DNA of 63,837 nt, filler included, from Globobulimina sp. (lineage: Eukaryota), in the NCBI GenBank assembly GCA_003354225.1. It is 29 parts of 29 records of this genome, joined end to end, with 100 filler letters (N's around TTAATTAATTAA, not from the genome) between each part and the next. Parts side by side here need not be neighbours in the genome. Positions count along the whole stretch, not along the records: positions 33,083 to 35,186 come from PIVH01008946.1; positions 35,287 to 37,390 come from PIVH01008947.1; positions 37,491 to 39,594 come from PIVH01008948.1; positions 39,695 to 41,798 come from PIVH01008949.1; positions 41,899 to 44,002 come from PIVH01008950.1; positions 44,103 to 46,206 come from PIVH01008951.1; 23 more parts are not named here. One strand, written 5' to 3'. This document shows, in pieces, positions 33,908-44,900 of this stretch; positions within the stretch are counted from its first letter, which is position 1, and every line of letters begins with the position of its first letter. A program made the position numbers and the translations under genes. The notes beneath the pieces were generated by a model that ran no database searches, had not been told where the DNA came from, and worked only from the letters and a program-made list of their open reading frames with translations.

Positions 33908-34768
33908 ATGGGTGCGATCAAATATAATCAGTTAAGCAATATACACGATACGCAAATTCGCATAATATATTTACAGGTAAAATTATGGAGGATTATTGAA
34001 TGAGTGATTGAAGGAATTTGGAATTGAAATAATTGAACGAGGTTCAATGAATGATTAATTTTGAAATTGCAAGATCTGAATTATGTCTTGCTTATTTTTT
34101 GGTGTTTAGAAGGGTTGGGACATAAAAAAATGGCAAAAAGTTGCTAATAAAAGAAAGAAGCAGTGGTTATTGGCATTTGGAAATTATTATTTGTTTCAAT
34201 TGTTTGCAAGGCTCTTGTTTCGTTAATTAATTCTTCTGCATATGTTCCACATAAATGTTGCATTTTTTTACGATTGATATCCTTGCACTTTAGTTACTAA
34301 TGAAACGCTGCAGTTAGGGACATAGGTTATTTATTAATTAATGAATTAGATATATTTCAACGAAACAAGAGCCTTGCAAACAACTTCTTCTTTCTTTACA
34401 AATACTAAAATTTATATTCAATTTTATGGCTTGACAGCAACGGTTCAAACTTCGCGACTGTAAATCGCACAAATCCTCCACGGCGCGAATCATTCCTTTG
34501 ATCACATTCTTGCCGTCCTCGCATTGCGACAATACGCGCTGAAACACATTGGTTCCCCAAAGATTATCACTGTAAAATATGGAGCCCTGCACTCGGTCAA
34601 TGCCGTGGTCATCAGTCACAATCTCAAATTTCTCCTCTTTCTCCTTTCAATTCCAAATTCCTTCAATCACTCATTCAATAATCCTCCATAATTTTACCTG
34701 TAAATATATTATGCGAATTTGCGTATCGTGTATATTGCTTAACTGATTATATTTGATCGCACGCCCAT

Positions 34769-34835
34769 TGACCACGGCAGGAGTCGAACCTGCATCTTTG
34801 GTTAAGCAATGCTCTACCAATTGAGCTACGTGGAT
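34769..34835 (-). tRNA. Second, inverted copy of the tRNA-like unit
   Basis: Reverse complement is identical to 33842-33907. Homology continues about 120 bp downstream (34645-34768 vs 33908-34029) with a 2-nt indel. Confidence 0.8.
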
Positions 34836-35675
34836 ACTGTTAAAGTAAGTTTTTTCTATTGTGATGAATCAATTAACTGCAAATTCCAAAACAAAAAGCA
34901 AAACACAATAAAACATTTGTAAAACTGCACAAAACACATTATAAAACGCAATAAAACACAATATAAAACATAATAAAACAAGTGATAAAACACCATGAAA
35001 CACAATATAAAACACCTTAAAACAATTTATAAAACAACATAAAACCCATTGTAAAACTGACTAAAACAATACAAAACACATCAGAAAACAATATAAAACA
35101 TATTATAAAACAATAAAAAACAAATTGTAAAACAACATAAAACAATTAACAAAACACTGTGTTTTGTTTTGACCGGTATACTTACTNNNNNNNNNNNNNN
35201 NNNNNNNNNNNNNNNNNNNNNNNNNNNNNNTTAATTAATTAANNNNNNNNNNNNNNNNNNNNNNNNNNNNNNNNNNNNNNNNNNNNCTCGAATAAAGCGT
35301 TTATCCTATGGATTTTATTATTTTTATGCTGGGTTTAGTATAGCAACCGCAATAATAATAATAACATGGCGATTAACTATTCATAACATATAATTATAAT
35401 ATGTAATATGTTTAACGGTATCAATAAATGGTGATTGTGAAGTGGATCGCGACTGTGATTGTGATTGCGATGTAGTTAATGTGATTATTGTCTCATTCAT
35501 CATGCTTTGTGTAGGCTGTAGGCAACATTGGTTCATATGTTTTATATTTATTTCCACGGGAACATTGGCAAAAGAATGAAAAGATATTGAATCTATAAAT
35601 GTTATAATCAATGCATTTATCAACTGCAATGATAACGAATTTGATAAAATAATTTTGTGTGTTGTTTCGGTACAT

Positions 35676-36509
35676 TTAATATTCATTAGGATGACTATAC
35701 AATGAATATTTTGAATTAATTATTTGGATGACGATTTGTAATATCTCTCGTGCCGTTAAATCATCTTCGTAGGCCCTCGAATCATTGAATTTCGGTGTAA
35801 TAAAGGCGTTATTACACACAAATTTAGATAGTTTTGGGGCATCATATCGCCTTCGACTAATATTGATATTGAATTCAGCTCCGAGAGTTTTAGTAAATGC
35901 ATAATCTCTCTGACTCCTAAATCTCTGTAGTTGGTTAAAAATTTGCCTGACCAGAACCACAAACTCCTCAACACAATAAATGGAAGAGTCAATAATGTCA
36001 TATCTGTCGTCGTCCCATGAAAATGTCAATTCTGCGAATTTATCTCCGCAATTCCTCCTTCTTCCTTGTCCTCTACACCATGCTTTTAACCGTCGCCACA
36101 ATGGAAATATATTTGCGAATACTTTGTCATATTTGGCTGGGTTATTTAAATAATTACCTTTGTCTTTTTGCATATTCATAAAGTATAACGTAATGCCAAT
36201 GCGGCCTCCAACGATGCGATAATGCATTCTCTCATAAAATGGTACTTGGAACGCGAACGTATCAAATATTGCGTCCAATTTTCTATGTTCATTCATTGAT
36301 TTTCTTCTATTATAATTACGCGTTTCTTCCAATCGAGTAATGTTATTCTGCGATGGCGGTGCGTTTCTATCATTTTTATTCTGCCTGAAATTCCTTAGGC
36401 CGCTGATGCCATTGTTATTTGTGGCACTTGCATATGTCGACATAATGTACTTGTCTTTTGCTGTAATAGCTAACTCGAAATTGACGTGACTTGCGAGATG
36501 AATTTGCAA
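35676..36509 (-). CDS. Hypothetical protein
   Basis: 277-aa uninterrupted ORF in AT-rich DNA; no recognised motif. Confidence 0.55.
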   Translation of the reverse strand: MQIHLASHVNFELAITAKDKYIMSTYASATNNNGISGLRNFRQNKNDRNAPPSQNNITRLEETRNYNRRKSMNEHRKLDAIFDTFAFQVPFYERMHYRIVGGRIGITLYFMNMQKDKGNYLNNPAKYDKVFANIFPLWRRLKAWCRGQGRRRNCGDKFAELTFSWDDDRYDIIDSSIYCVEEFVVLVRQIFNQLQRFRSQRDYAFTKTLGAEFNINISRRRYDAPKLSKFVCNNAFITPKFNDSRAYEDDLTAREILQIVIQIINSKYSLYSHPNEY

Positions 36510-36805
36510 TCAGTTCACTGGTGAATCCTTGTTATCAGATTGAGTATATACTCCTAACACTATGTGAAGACTGTATGCGCTTATTTTGAGATTCAAATAA
36601 TCAGCAAGTTGCCATTACTAATGTCTGCCAAGTATTAAATTAAGCGATTTCAACTCCTAAATATACACTATAGTTTTCTGAGTGTCTACGTTTTCAAAAA
36701 TGATGACGGTCATTGAAATCACTCCGTTTTCTGAAGGCGTTAGATTGAAGTCACACTAAATGTAATGAAAACTTTTGAATTCGACAATTGAGTATGTCCA
36801 ACTAA

Positions 36806-36988
36806 GATCAACTTTTTTTAATCATTTGCGAATTGTTAGAGAAAAAGATTAAGTAAATGTTTGTCTAATCATAATTTATAATACAGTACGATCTTTATTT
36901 ACAGTTTCTAATCGATACGAGAAGATGAGACGAACATTTACTTAAGCTTTTTCTCTAACAATTCACAAATGATTAAAAAAAGTTGATC
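36806..36988. mobile_element. MITE-like hairpin element (183 bp) with 61-bp inverted repeats
   Basis: 36806-36866 vs the reverse complement of 36928-36988: 3 mismatches. Confidence 0.8.
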
Positions 36989-37490
36989 ATGAGCAAAATC
37001 AAGGTCAAATAGTAAAACTCTAATAAATCTTTCCTTCCGACAGAGGATTTAATAAAGACTCCGAGCAACAAATAATTAAATCCAGCAACGTTGTTTCGTC
37101 CAATCATACACAAACAACAAATTCGAACAACTTTCATGGGATAACACTGCATTATTCACAAGCCACAACAAACAAAATGATAAAGAATCGTGGTATCTAC
37201 GTATACGTATAAACGTGTTTGGTAATATAAAAATGTCAGAATATATTTGCTTGGTACATTTTTGTCAATGTCCAGAATATATTTGTTTGCTAAAATGTGT
37301 AATATTTTATCTGCTCAATTTGAATAATTGCTTTTTTATATGTGCTACATTAATATGCGATTGATTTATAAGTTGTTAATTGAACTGATCNNNNNNNNNN
37401 NNNNNNNNNNNNNNNNNNNNNNNNNNNNNNNNNNTTAATTAATTAANNNNNNNNNNNNNNNNNNNNNNNNNNNNNNNNNNNNNNNNNNNN

Positions 37491-37750
37491 ATCATCCTTT
37501 GTAATCCAAATGTTTAGTTTTCCCCAAACTACTGCAGCATCTTCATATGGAATCAATTCTATCTTATAACACAACCTATCCTGAATTGTCTCCTCACCAA
37601 CAATCGTGTGCGTATAGTCGTGAACTACTGAAGACTCTCTTATCAAATCATCATTGGTGAAATCTGAACCCATCCAGGATTGCATCATCATAGATGGTGG
37701 CAATTTTATCATCCTATCAATTGATGGCACCCAATTCCACATTTCCTTTT
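37491..37750 (-). CDS. Bacterial outer-membrane lipoprotein-sorting (LolA-like) protein fragment, a chimeric contaminant
   Basis: EMWNWVPSIDRMIKLPPSMMMQSWMGSDFTNDDL...CYKIELIP..DAAVVWGK. Confidence 0.8.
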
Positions 37751-38344
37751 GATCAATGAAGGCATTAAATATTTCAGCAAATGGAAGTATGCAGTCACAT
37801 TTCGATCAGAGATGGATACAAACTGTGAATAACTTAAATTTCCATCGGGATCATCGTCGATTATGGTCGAATTATTTATAATCATATCGGGAATGCCATA
37901 TTCTTCAAAAATATCCATGATCCATAAAGCCATTTTTTTCTCATTGCAAACGTCCACACATTGGATATTGGTCAAAATGTGATCATTGTCGTTTAAATTT
38001 AATTCGTTTGACAATGAATCGGAGGATGTATTATCACTGCTGACGTCTGCTTCATTTTCATTGTCTTCGTCATAGAATGATAAGGATTTTATGGTTGAAG
38101 ATATTTTGTCTAAGTCATCGGTCATTTGTTTAATATGCTTGGTGTTGGGTGAGATGCCGCAAATTATGTATTCTGATGATTTGCTGGCAAATTCGCAACA
38201 TAATGCTTTGCCGATTGGTGAGGTGGCGGATGTTATTAATATTAATTTACGTTTTCGTAATATGGTTTTTCGCAATGCAATTTGCAATAATTCTGATGAT
38301 AATGAAGTTAATTCATTTTCAATCTCACAATCTACAAAAAACAA
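37745..38344 (-). CDS. Short-chain dehydrogenase/reductase-like fragment
   Basis: ILITSATSPIGKALC.EFA, VDVCN, YGIPDMIINN, NV...F.LLK...PSLI. It ends at the chimeric junction. Confidence 0.65.
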
Positions 38345-39223
38345 TTTGGAATTCGAAACAAAAAAAATACAAAAAAATAAATGAAACCGTAACTTGGATG
38401 AGTTTTCATATATCGAGTTCTGGCTAAATTATCCAATTCATGCGTATCGAAGGTGTGTTGAGCGCAACAACTTTGACCCATGATGATGCTCTTCAATTTA
38501 AACTAAAAAAAAAACGCGTTAAAAAACATATCTGTAAACAAAACATCAAAACATGGTGACATTTTTTGCTGTGAGACAATGATATTGCAGTATAGATAAT
38601 ATACACAAGCATTGGCAACCTTTTCCCAAGAATATAATCAGAAGATTTATTTAATATCAAAAATCTCCAAACATTAAAATTATCAATTTTGGCAATGTAA
38701 TTAAGGGTTTAGCTCCGGTCTTGTTTGTTAAAAACAATATTTATTGTTTTAATACACTTGCGGCAGGTTTTCCATATCTAAATCTTCTTCTATTTGAATC
38801 CTAATAATTATATGATGATAATAGACCATCAATGCTTCAATAATCTGTGTTCCTTTTGTGTTTATGAATGTGATCCATGCTCCCTGTGAACCTCAGCTAA
38901 AACAGTAACATTTTGAAAACTTATCAGTCAATGCTCTCGATAATGTCTCTGAAAGTTGATTGGCGCGTATCAATCAAAACAGTGTGTCATAGAACATCAA
39001 GGAAATGGGTCACTATATGCGACGAATAGATGGTAAAGGAGAAGAATCAGTCATTTTTATGGTATTGAATTAAAATAATATGTAGGTATTGAAGAAAATT
39101 AAAAATCTTCAACTTTATAAAATTAAAAATACATATATATAATTTGAAAGACACTTGTAAACATAAATTATAATAAAAAAACAAAGAATTTAATAAATAA
39201 TAAATAAAAAAGAATTTTAATAG

Positions 39224-39594
39224 CTATGGACCGCAGGGATCCTCTGAACACGAAGACTCCTTCGCACAGCGTTTCGAATTATCATTCCACACTAAATCAG
39301 GCCTTGCACCGGCACATGGCCGGTCATCATACAATATTCCATTCGAACAAGTTGCAAATGAATGGCAACTATTACAGGACGGATAATTACCATCTGGCAG
39401 ACCAGAACAACTAATGATACATCCACAACTACTGCTCGGTGCTGATGATGGCACAGTTGTTGGTACCTTTGTTGGCCCAGTTGTAGGGTCTGACGTTGGT
39501 ACCGTTGTCGGGTTTGATGTTGGGTCGGCTGTTGGATCTGCTGTTGGGTCCGACGTTGGGTCGGATGTTGGATCTGTTGTCGGGTCTGCTGTTG
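39224..39594 (-). CDS. PTxDPT mucin stalk plus C-terminal chitin-binding (CBM14/peritrophin-A-like) domain
   Basis: CSGLPDGNYPSCNSCHSFATCSNG......C......VWNDNSKRC. Confidence 0.8.
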
Positions 39595-39694
39595 NNNNNN
39601 NNNNNNNNNNNNNNNNNNNNNNNNNNNNNNNNNNNNNNTTAATTAATTAANNNNNNNNNNNNNNNNNNNNNNNNNNNNNNNNNNNNNNNNNNNN

Positions 39695-39932
39695 CAAATC
39701 AAATAAATATATAAACCCAACACACTCAGCACACAATAAAAACCCAGGACTGTAAATCAACACAAATCAAATATTATTATATACAAACATAACAAATCAA
39801 ATCAAATAAATATGTAAACCCAACACACTATGCATACAATAAAAAATCAGGATTGAAACATAACAAATCAAATCAAATAAATATATAAACCCAATACACT
39901 ATGTTTACAATAAAAAAATCAGGATTGTAAAC
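39695..39932. repeat. Minisatellite, about 3 degenerate copies of a ~65-bp unit
   Basis: caaatcaaataaatat(a/g)taaacccaa(c/t)acact...acaataaaaa..caggattg repeated. Confidence 0.8.
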
Positions 39933-40103
39933 ATACAGAACACTTCCTCTATGGGAAACATTGTATTAGAATAAATCAACAGAAACAAAAATATATTTTG
40001 ATATTAGTGTGTAATCTGACTTCACATTATCTAACATCTGTATATATGCAAAAACGAACAATAAATCTAAGGCGCCCGCCAGGGCGCCATGCAACTTGTG
40101 ATT

Positions 40104-40260
40104 TCAACTCATATCAAAATGTTTTTGGGAACCCGATGTTTTGCCTATCAAAAAAGGCAATATTAAACTGCACTGTGTTTACATAAAAAGCAGTGGAAGA
40201 GGATATTGTTTTTTTGAAGCAAAACATGGTGTACCCAAAAATCTTTTGATATGCGTTGAG
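40104..40260. repeat. Imperfect palindrome whose arms share the dispersed-repeat motif
   Basis: tcaactcatatcaaaatgtttttgggaacccgatgttttgc...caatat vs the reverse complement of atattg...gcaaaacatggtgtacccaaaaatcttttgatatgcgttga. Confidence 0.75.
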
Positions 40261-40389
40261 GTAACAGTCAACACGATTGAAATGTTGAAGAAGGCGGCAA
40301 CATTGGTGTCATTAATTACAATTTATTTTTAAAAAACTTTTTTTTTGCAGCTGGTAAAACACATTCTTTACAGAAAATAGTGATGTATG

Positions 40390-41409
40390 TTAATCAGAAA
40401 CACCCATTGAAATTATTCGTATACGATTTTTATTCAATTCATTCTCTTTTACAATTTTTGAGATTTTATTTCTACAGATTGGGCATGACATTTTCCATTC
40501 CATTCCACATTCATTACATAAGCACATATGATAACAATTTACCATCACACTCTCAATAGTATTATCCATACAAACCACACATGTCTCATTATTTATTTTC
40601 GCATATTCTGTAAAACATAAATCATAAATTGCATATTTATTGTTTTTATTTTTCAATAAATTTTTATAATATTCATCACAAATTGGTAACAATTTCGCTC
40701 TTTGTTTAATTAATACACAGTATGAATGAATTGATAATAACTCAGTATCATTATATCGTGATTGTAAATAATTACTTAATCGCAACGCATCACTCCCATC
40801 GGGTTTCCTTTTTTGATCAAAAAACACTGCGCCACGTACAAATGAACGAATTGGTAAATCTCGGATTCGTTTTAATGCATATTTTAAATGTTTTCCATTT
40901 CCATTTATATTAAAACTCCGATCACTTACAGTCATGCAATGTTTAGCAAATTTTAATTTTAATTCTCTTTGCTTCTCCATTTCTTTTTCATTTTTATTGT
41001 TATTTCTATCTCTGCTTCGACTCCGACTCCGACTCCGACTTCTATCGCGATCACCATTTCTATTCCTATTCCTATCTCTATCTCTATCTCTGTCTCTTAT
41101 TGCAATGCTACCTGCAATACGTCTGTGTGGTGGTGGTACAGCTGATGTATGGGCAGTATGGTGGTATGTTAGTGCTGTAGGTGAGTAAGTTGCTGATGTA
41201 GGTGAATACATTGGCGCTGTAGGATGAAATGTAGGCGATGCAGGATTATATAATTTATATTTAGGTGATGTAGGTGAATATGTAGACGATGTAGGATTAT
41301 ATGTAGGCGATGTGGGTGAATATGCAGCATGATATGCTGTAGATAAATAAGTTGGAGTTGAAGGACCCGACGGCTTATCTTCTTGAACAGGAATAAAATA
41401 AATAATCAT
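40390..41409 (-). CDS. Protein with YSPTSP heptad repeats, an RD/RS tract and a C-terminal C3HC4 RING
   Basis: [21 protein letters not shown]...; RDRDRDR...[15 protein letters not shown]......[11 protein letters not shown]......CPICR. Confidence 0.75.
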   Translation of the reverse strand: MIIYFIPVQEDKPSGPSTPTYLSTAYHAAYSPTSPTYNPTSSTYSPTSPKYKLYNPASPTFHPTAPMYSPTSATYSPTALTYHHTAHTSAVPPPHRRIAGSIAIRDRDRDRDRNRNRNGDRDRSRSRSRSRSRDRNNNKNEKEMEKQRELKLKFAKHCMTVSDRSFNINGNGKHLKYALKRIRDLPIRSFVRGAVFFDQKRKPDGSDALRLSNYLQSRYNDTELLSIHSYCVLIKQRAKLLPICDEYYKNLLKNKNNKYAIYDLCFTEYAKINNETCVVCMDNTIESVMVNCYHMCLCNECGMEWKMSCPICRNKISKIVKENELNKNRIRIISMGVSD

Positions 41410-41451
41410 ATCTGTTTCTGCAGATTTACCACTTCTTTCATTAATTCTGCC

Positions 41452-41798
41452 CTGTTTTATTATTAATTTATTCGATGTGGATAAAATAACTTATTAATTT
41501 AAACTTAATTATTTATACAACATAATACATATTAACAATAACACCAAATACCACAATACCAAACCTATACCAATCTCTGGGTAGGGCGGGTGGGCAAAAA
41601 AGAAAGAGAGAATCCAAAATCACAAACAAACAAAAAACACTTTCAGTCAGTCACTTAAATAATCTTTAAATTAAATGAAACCTTCGTCGCTTACACAACG
41701 TTCTGTTTTATTATTAATTTATTCGATGTGGATAAAATAACTTATTAATTTAAACTTAATTATTTATACAACATACTACATATTAACAATAACACCAA
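41452..41798. repeat. ~96-bp direct repeat (41452-41547 and 41703-41798)
   Basis: ctgttttattattaatttattcgatgtggataaaataac...acaataacaccaa, near-identical copies. Confidence 0.9.
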
Positions 41799-41898
41799 NN
41801 NNNNNNNNNNNNNNNNNNNNNNNNNNNNNNNNNNNNNNNNNNTTAATTAATTAANNNNNNNNNNNNNNNNNNNNNNNNNNNNNNNNNNNNNNNNNNNN

Positions 41899-42744
41899 AT
41901 AATTTAGCTGGAGTTTTAAAATCCAATTATCATTAACATCAAATCGAAAATAAAACCCTGTATCTTTTTGCCAGGCTCTTATCGGAGTTTCAATCAATAG
42001 TGATTCCGTAAATATAGAAGTGCCATTCATGACTATTTCACTGAAACCAGCAGCGGGATACACTACACCCGACGTACCAATGATGATCAACATATCACAG
42101 GCTTCCAATAAATTGCTGCATTTATTCATTACAGTTTTATCCAACGGTTCACCAAACCATACAACTGCGGGCCGCAACAACTGTCCTTTATCATCATGTG
42201 GTAAATCATTGATTGCTATTTTAACTTTGTTATCCTCCACATTCTCTCCAATATTCTTTTCTGTTCCTTCCAATGCTGCACAAATGGGCATATTTGTATC
42301 CCTCCAAACATATTTATCATCGACAACGGTTGCATCATTCCAATTATTTGCTTTCACATTCCACAAACTGCCATGCATTTCAATCACATTTTGTGCATTT
42401 GCTGCACTATGAAAGCCATCAATATTTTGTGTAATAATATCAAAAGTACGATTTGCTGCGAGGAATTTGTCTTGTAAGTTAGTGATGGCATAGTGAGCAG
42501 CATTCGGTTTACAGTTCGATACAATGCATCTTCTGTAATGATAAAACTGCCAAACTAAAGATGGATCGCGATCGAATGCCTCTGTTGATGCCAAATCAAA
42601 CGCGGAATGAGAACGCCATAAACCACCCGCTCCTCGAAACGTTGGAATTCCAGATTCTTGGCTTACACCGGCGCCAGATAAGATCACTACATTCTTCATT
42701 TTTTGTAAAGTTTGTTTAAACTGTGTAAGACACGTAGAAGCCAT
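41899..42744 (-). CDS. SIRT5: Class III sirtuin (SIRT5/CobB-like desuccinylase); the 3' end is probably chimeric
   Basis: SGAGVSQESGIPTFRG.GGLWR, VWQFYHYRR (YxxR), TQNIDGFH, EMHGSL, PIC.AL.G insert, LRPAVVWFGE, GTSGVVYPAAGF. Confidence 0.92.
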
Positions 42745-43125
42745 GTAGATGTGGTAGAATATATATAGTGTCTGGAAAACTTCAGAAAAAAATATCATTC
42801 GAAAGTGGAATCATGATCATGTTTGCGATAATGAAATCATTGTATGTTTGGAGTTTCTGCAATTTGATAGATAGAGTCTTTTGAATTAACCACAAATTGA
42901 AATTGCAAAATAATAAGATTTATTTGGTTCAACAGTATCATCTTCAACATATTTGCCATTTTTATAATATTCTACAGTCCAATTTTTTGGATAGGATAGT
43001 ATAGGATATTTTTTGGATATTTTCAGAGTGTTAAAATTATAGCGAAGAATTTATAAAACTTTTTCACTTTTTTATAAAAGAATAAATATCTTTATCGATA
43101 AGATTAAACAAACTGGGTACATCTA

Positions 43126-43741
43126 GTGACAGTGTATGGCACAATGGATTGCTGTATAAATTAATTAAAAATAATATAAAAGGAAATATACTAAATGTTC
43201 TTGCATCCTTAATCCAAACTCGGTATACAAAAGTTATTGCGAAAAAAGCAGAGTCCAATTGGGTGGCTCAACTGATTGGCATTCCACAAGGATCTGCACT
43301 GTCCCCCTATCCTCTACATCCTATTTACCAATGATTTCCAAATTAAATATCCAAACTATGTACATTTTGCATGTTTTGCAGATGATACTGCATTTTGGAC
43401 CAGCCCTGGGTCAAGAGACCCGCTCCGATATAAATTCCTATAAAATGAATTGGTGTAAAAAATGGCAATTAATGGTAAATCCATCGAAATGTCTATCCAT
43501 GAATTTTTCCCATAGCAATCCTATAAAATACTATCCGAAATATACAGATAAAATTGATCTAAATACAAATAAAAAGATCCAAACAAGTAAATATTTAATT
43601 AATTCCATTCCAATAAAATATGAAAAAACTGCGAGATATCTGGGACTATGGTTTGATGAACGACTCAATTTCCATGCCCATTTTGCCAAAATTAGAGCAA
43701 ATTCCATGAAATCCGGTGTCAAATTATCCCGCCATCAATAG
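43126..43741 (+). mobile_element. Degenerate non-LTR retrotransposon reverse transcriptase (frameshifted)
   Basis: DSVWHNGLLYKL, GIPQGSALSP, FADDTA, WCKKWQLMVNPSKC and YLGLWFDERLNF..H, spread over several frames. Confidence 0.9.
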
Positions 43742-44102
43742 CGAACAAATTTTTTTTTTTCGGTGTCAAATTATCCCGCCATCAATGAACTCCGGTGTCA
43801 AAACAAATTTTTTTTTTCTATAGTGCGGGTGACTCGAGTACGTTCAAGTCCGTGAGCATACCTTATGTATGATCACATGGACTTGCACTCAGGCTGAACC
43901 GCACTCAGGCTGAACCGCATTTCCCATAAGTCTATTTCATCTTAGTGAAAACATAAATCTATCGAAAAAAATAAATTTTTATAAACTATTTTTTGACTTT
44001 TTNNNNNNNNNNNNNNNNNNNNNNNNNNNNNNNNNNNNNNNNNNNNTTAATTAATTAANNNNNNNNNNNNNNNNNNNNNNNNNNNNNNNNNNNNNNNNNN
44101 NN

Positions 44103-44804
44103 AAAATTTTTCAAGAAATCCAACCAAAATTTGAGGAATCACGTTCAAATCAAGTCAGACATAATGTCAGTCAAGGATTTGATATCGATATTGTGCTTTC
44201 AAATCTATCAGTGCCAGTCCAGCACGATATCGATATCGATGCAACATACGACATAGTTGGACAGCCTCCACATCTCAAAAATTTAGGATACAGAAACATG
44301 TTTCTGTTTACAAAATCTTTGTTAGAATTTAGTTTACCATATTCATTTGCTGTTTGTGTCATGTATTGGTCCTCTATTTATAGTGGACATTTTGAGGATA
44401 CACAACAAGCACTTTACTATATAAACACGCATGGCATTATATTTATGCTACAATTCATTGATTATTATGCTTCAACATATCAATTAAGATTTATTTATGG
44501 TTCTTTATGGATATTGATATTTGCAGTTATTTTGTTTGTATGGATGTGGTTGTTTGAAGAATTAAAATTTGTGAATCCGTGGACAAAAAAAAACCAGCTC
44601 TATGCCATTTGTGATTTGCATAATGATGCAATTAAATCAACATTTATGTTCTGTATTGGCATCACATTTATTATATTGCTTTATTGGTTTATCGTTTTTA
44701 CAAAGAATATATCGTTAATAAAGTGGAAGCAATCAAAACAAGCTGATAATAAACATTTAAGTGCTGATAACAGTGACCTTGATTTCTCAGATGTAACACC
44801 ATAA
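44103..44804 (+). CDS. Rolling-stone / FAR-17a(AIG1)-like multipass membrane protein, partial
   Basis: VCVMYW...; INTHGI..MLQFIDY; four or more TM segments; LY..CD. Confidence 0.55.
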   Translation, partial: KIFQEIQPKFEESRSNQVRHNVSQGFDIDIVLSNLSVPVQHDIDIDATYDIVGQPPHLKNLGYRNMFLFTKSLLEFSLPYSFAVCVMYWSSIYSGHFEDTQQALYYINTHGIIFMLQFIDYYASTYQLRFIYGSLWILIFAVILFVWMWLFEELKFVNPWTKKNQLYAICDLHNDAIKSTFMFCIGITFIILLYWFIVFTKNISLIKWKQSKQADNKHLSADNSDLDFSDVTP

Positions 44805-44900
44805 AAACAAACAATATGTACATTATTATATTTATATTCTATAAATTTTTTGATCATCTTTTGAGCCTACACAAGTTAAATAGTCACGTAAATTAAATAG

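Larger units (their letters stand above)
33480..35186. mobile_element. TIR-bounded composite element with AAAAC-rich satellite arms and an internal inverted pair of tRNA-derived units
   Basis: agtaagtataccggtcaaaacaaaacac (33480-33507) is the exact reverse complement of 35159-35186. Degenerate (A)TAAAACA satellite at about 33510-33780 and 34890-35157. Confidence 0.7.

Noticed and set aside
33510-35157. Telomeric repeat
   Set aside because: The tracts are highly degenerate, internal and enclosed by TIRs; there is no fixed unit.
41160-41322. RPB1 gene
   Set aside because: No polymerase domains lie upstream, and the heptads are followed by unrelated domains.
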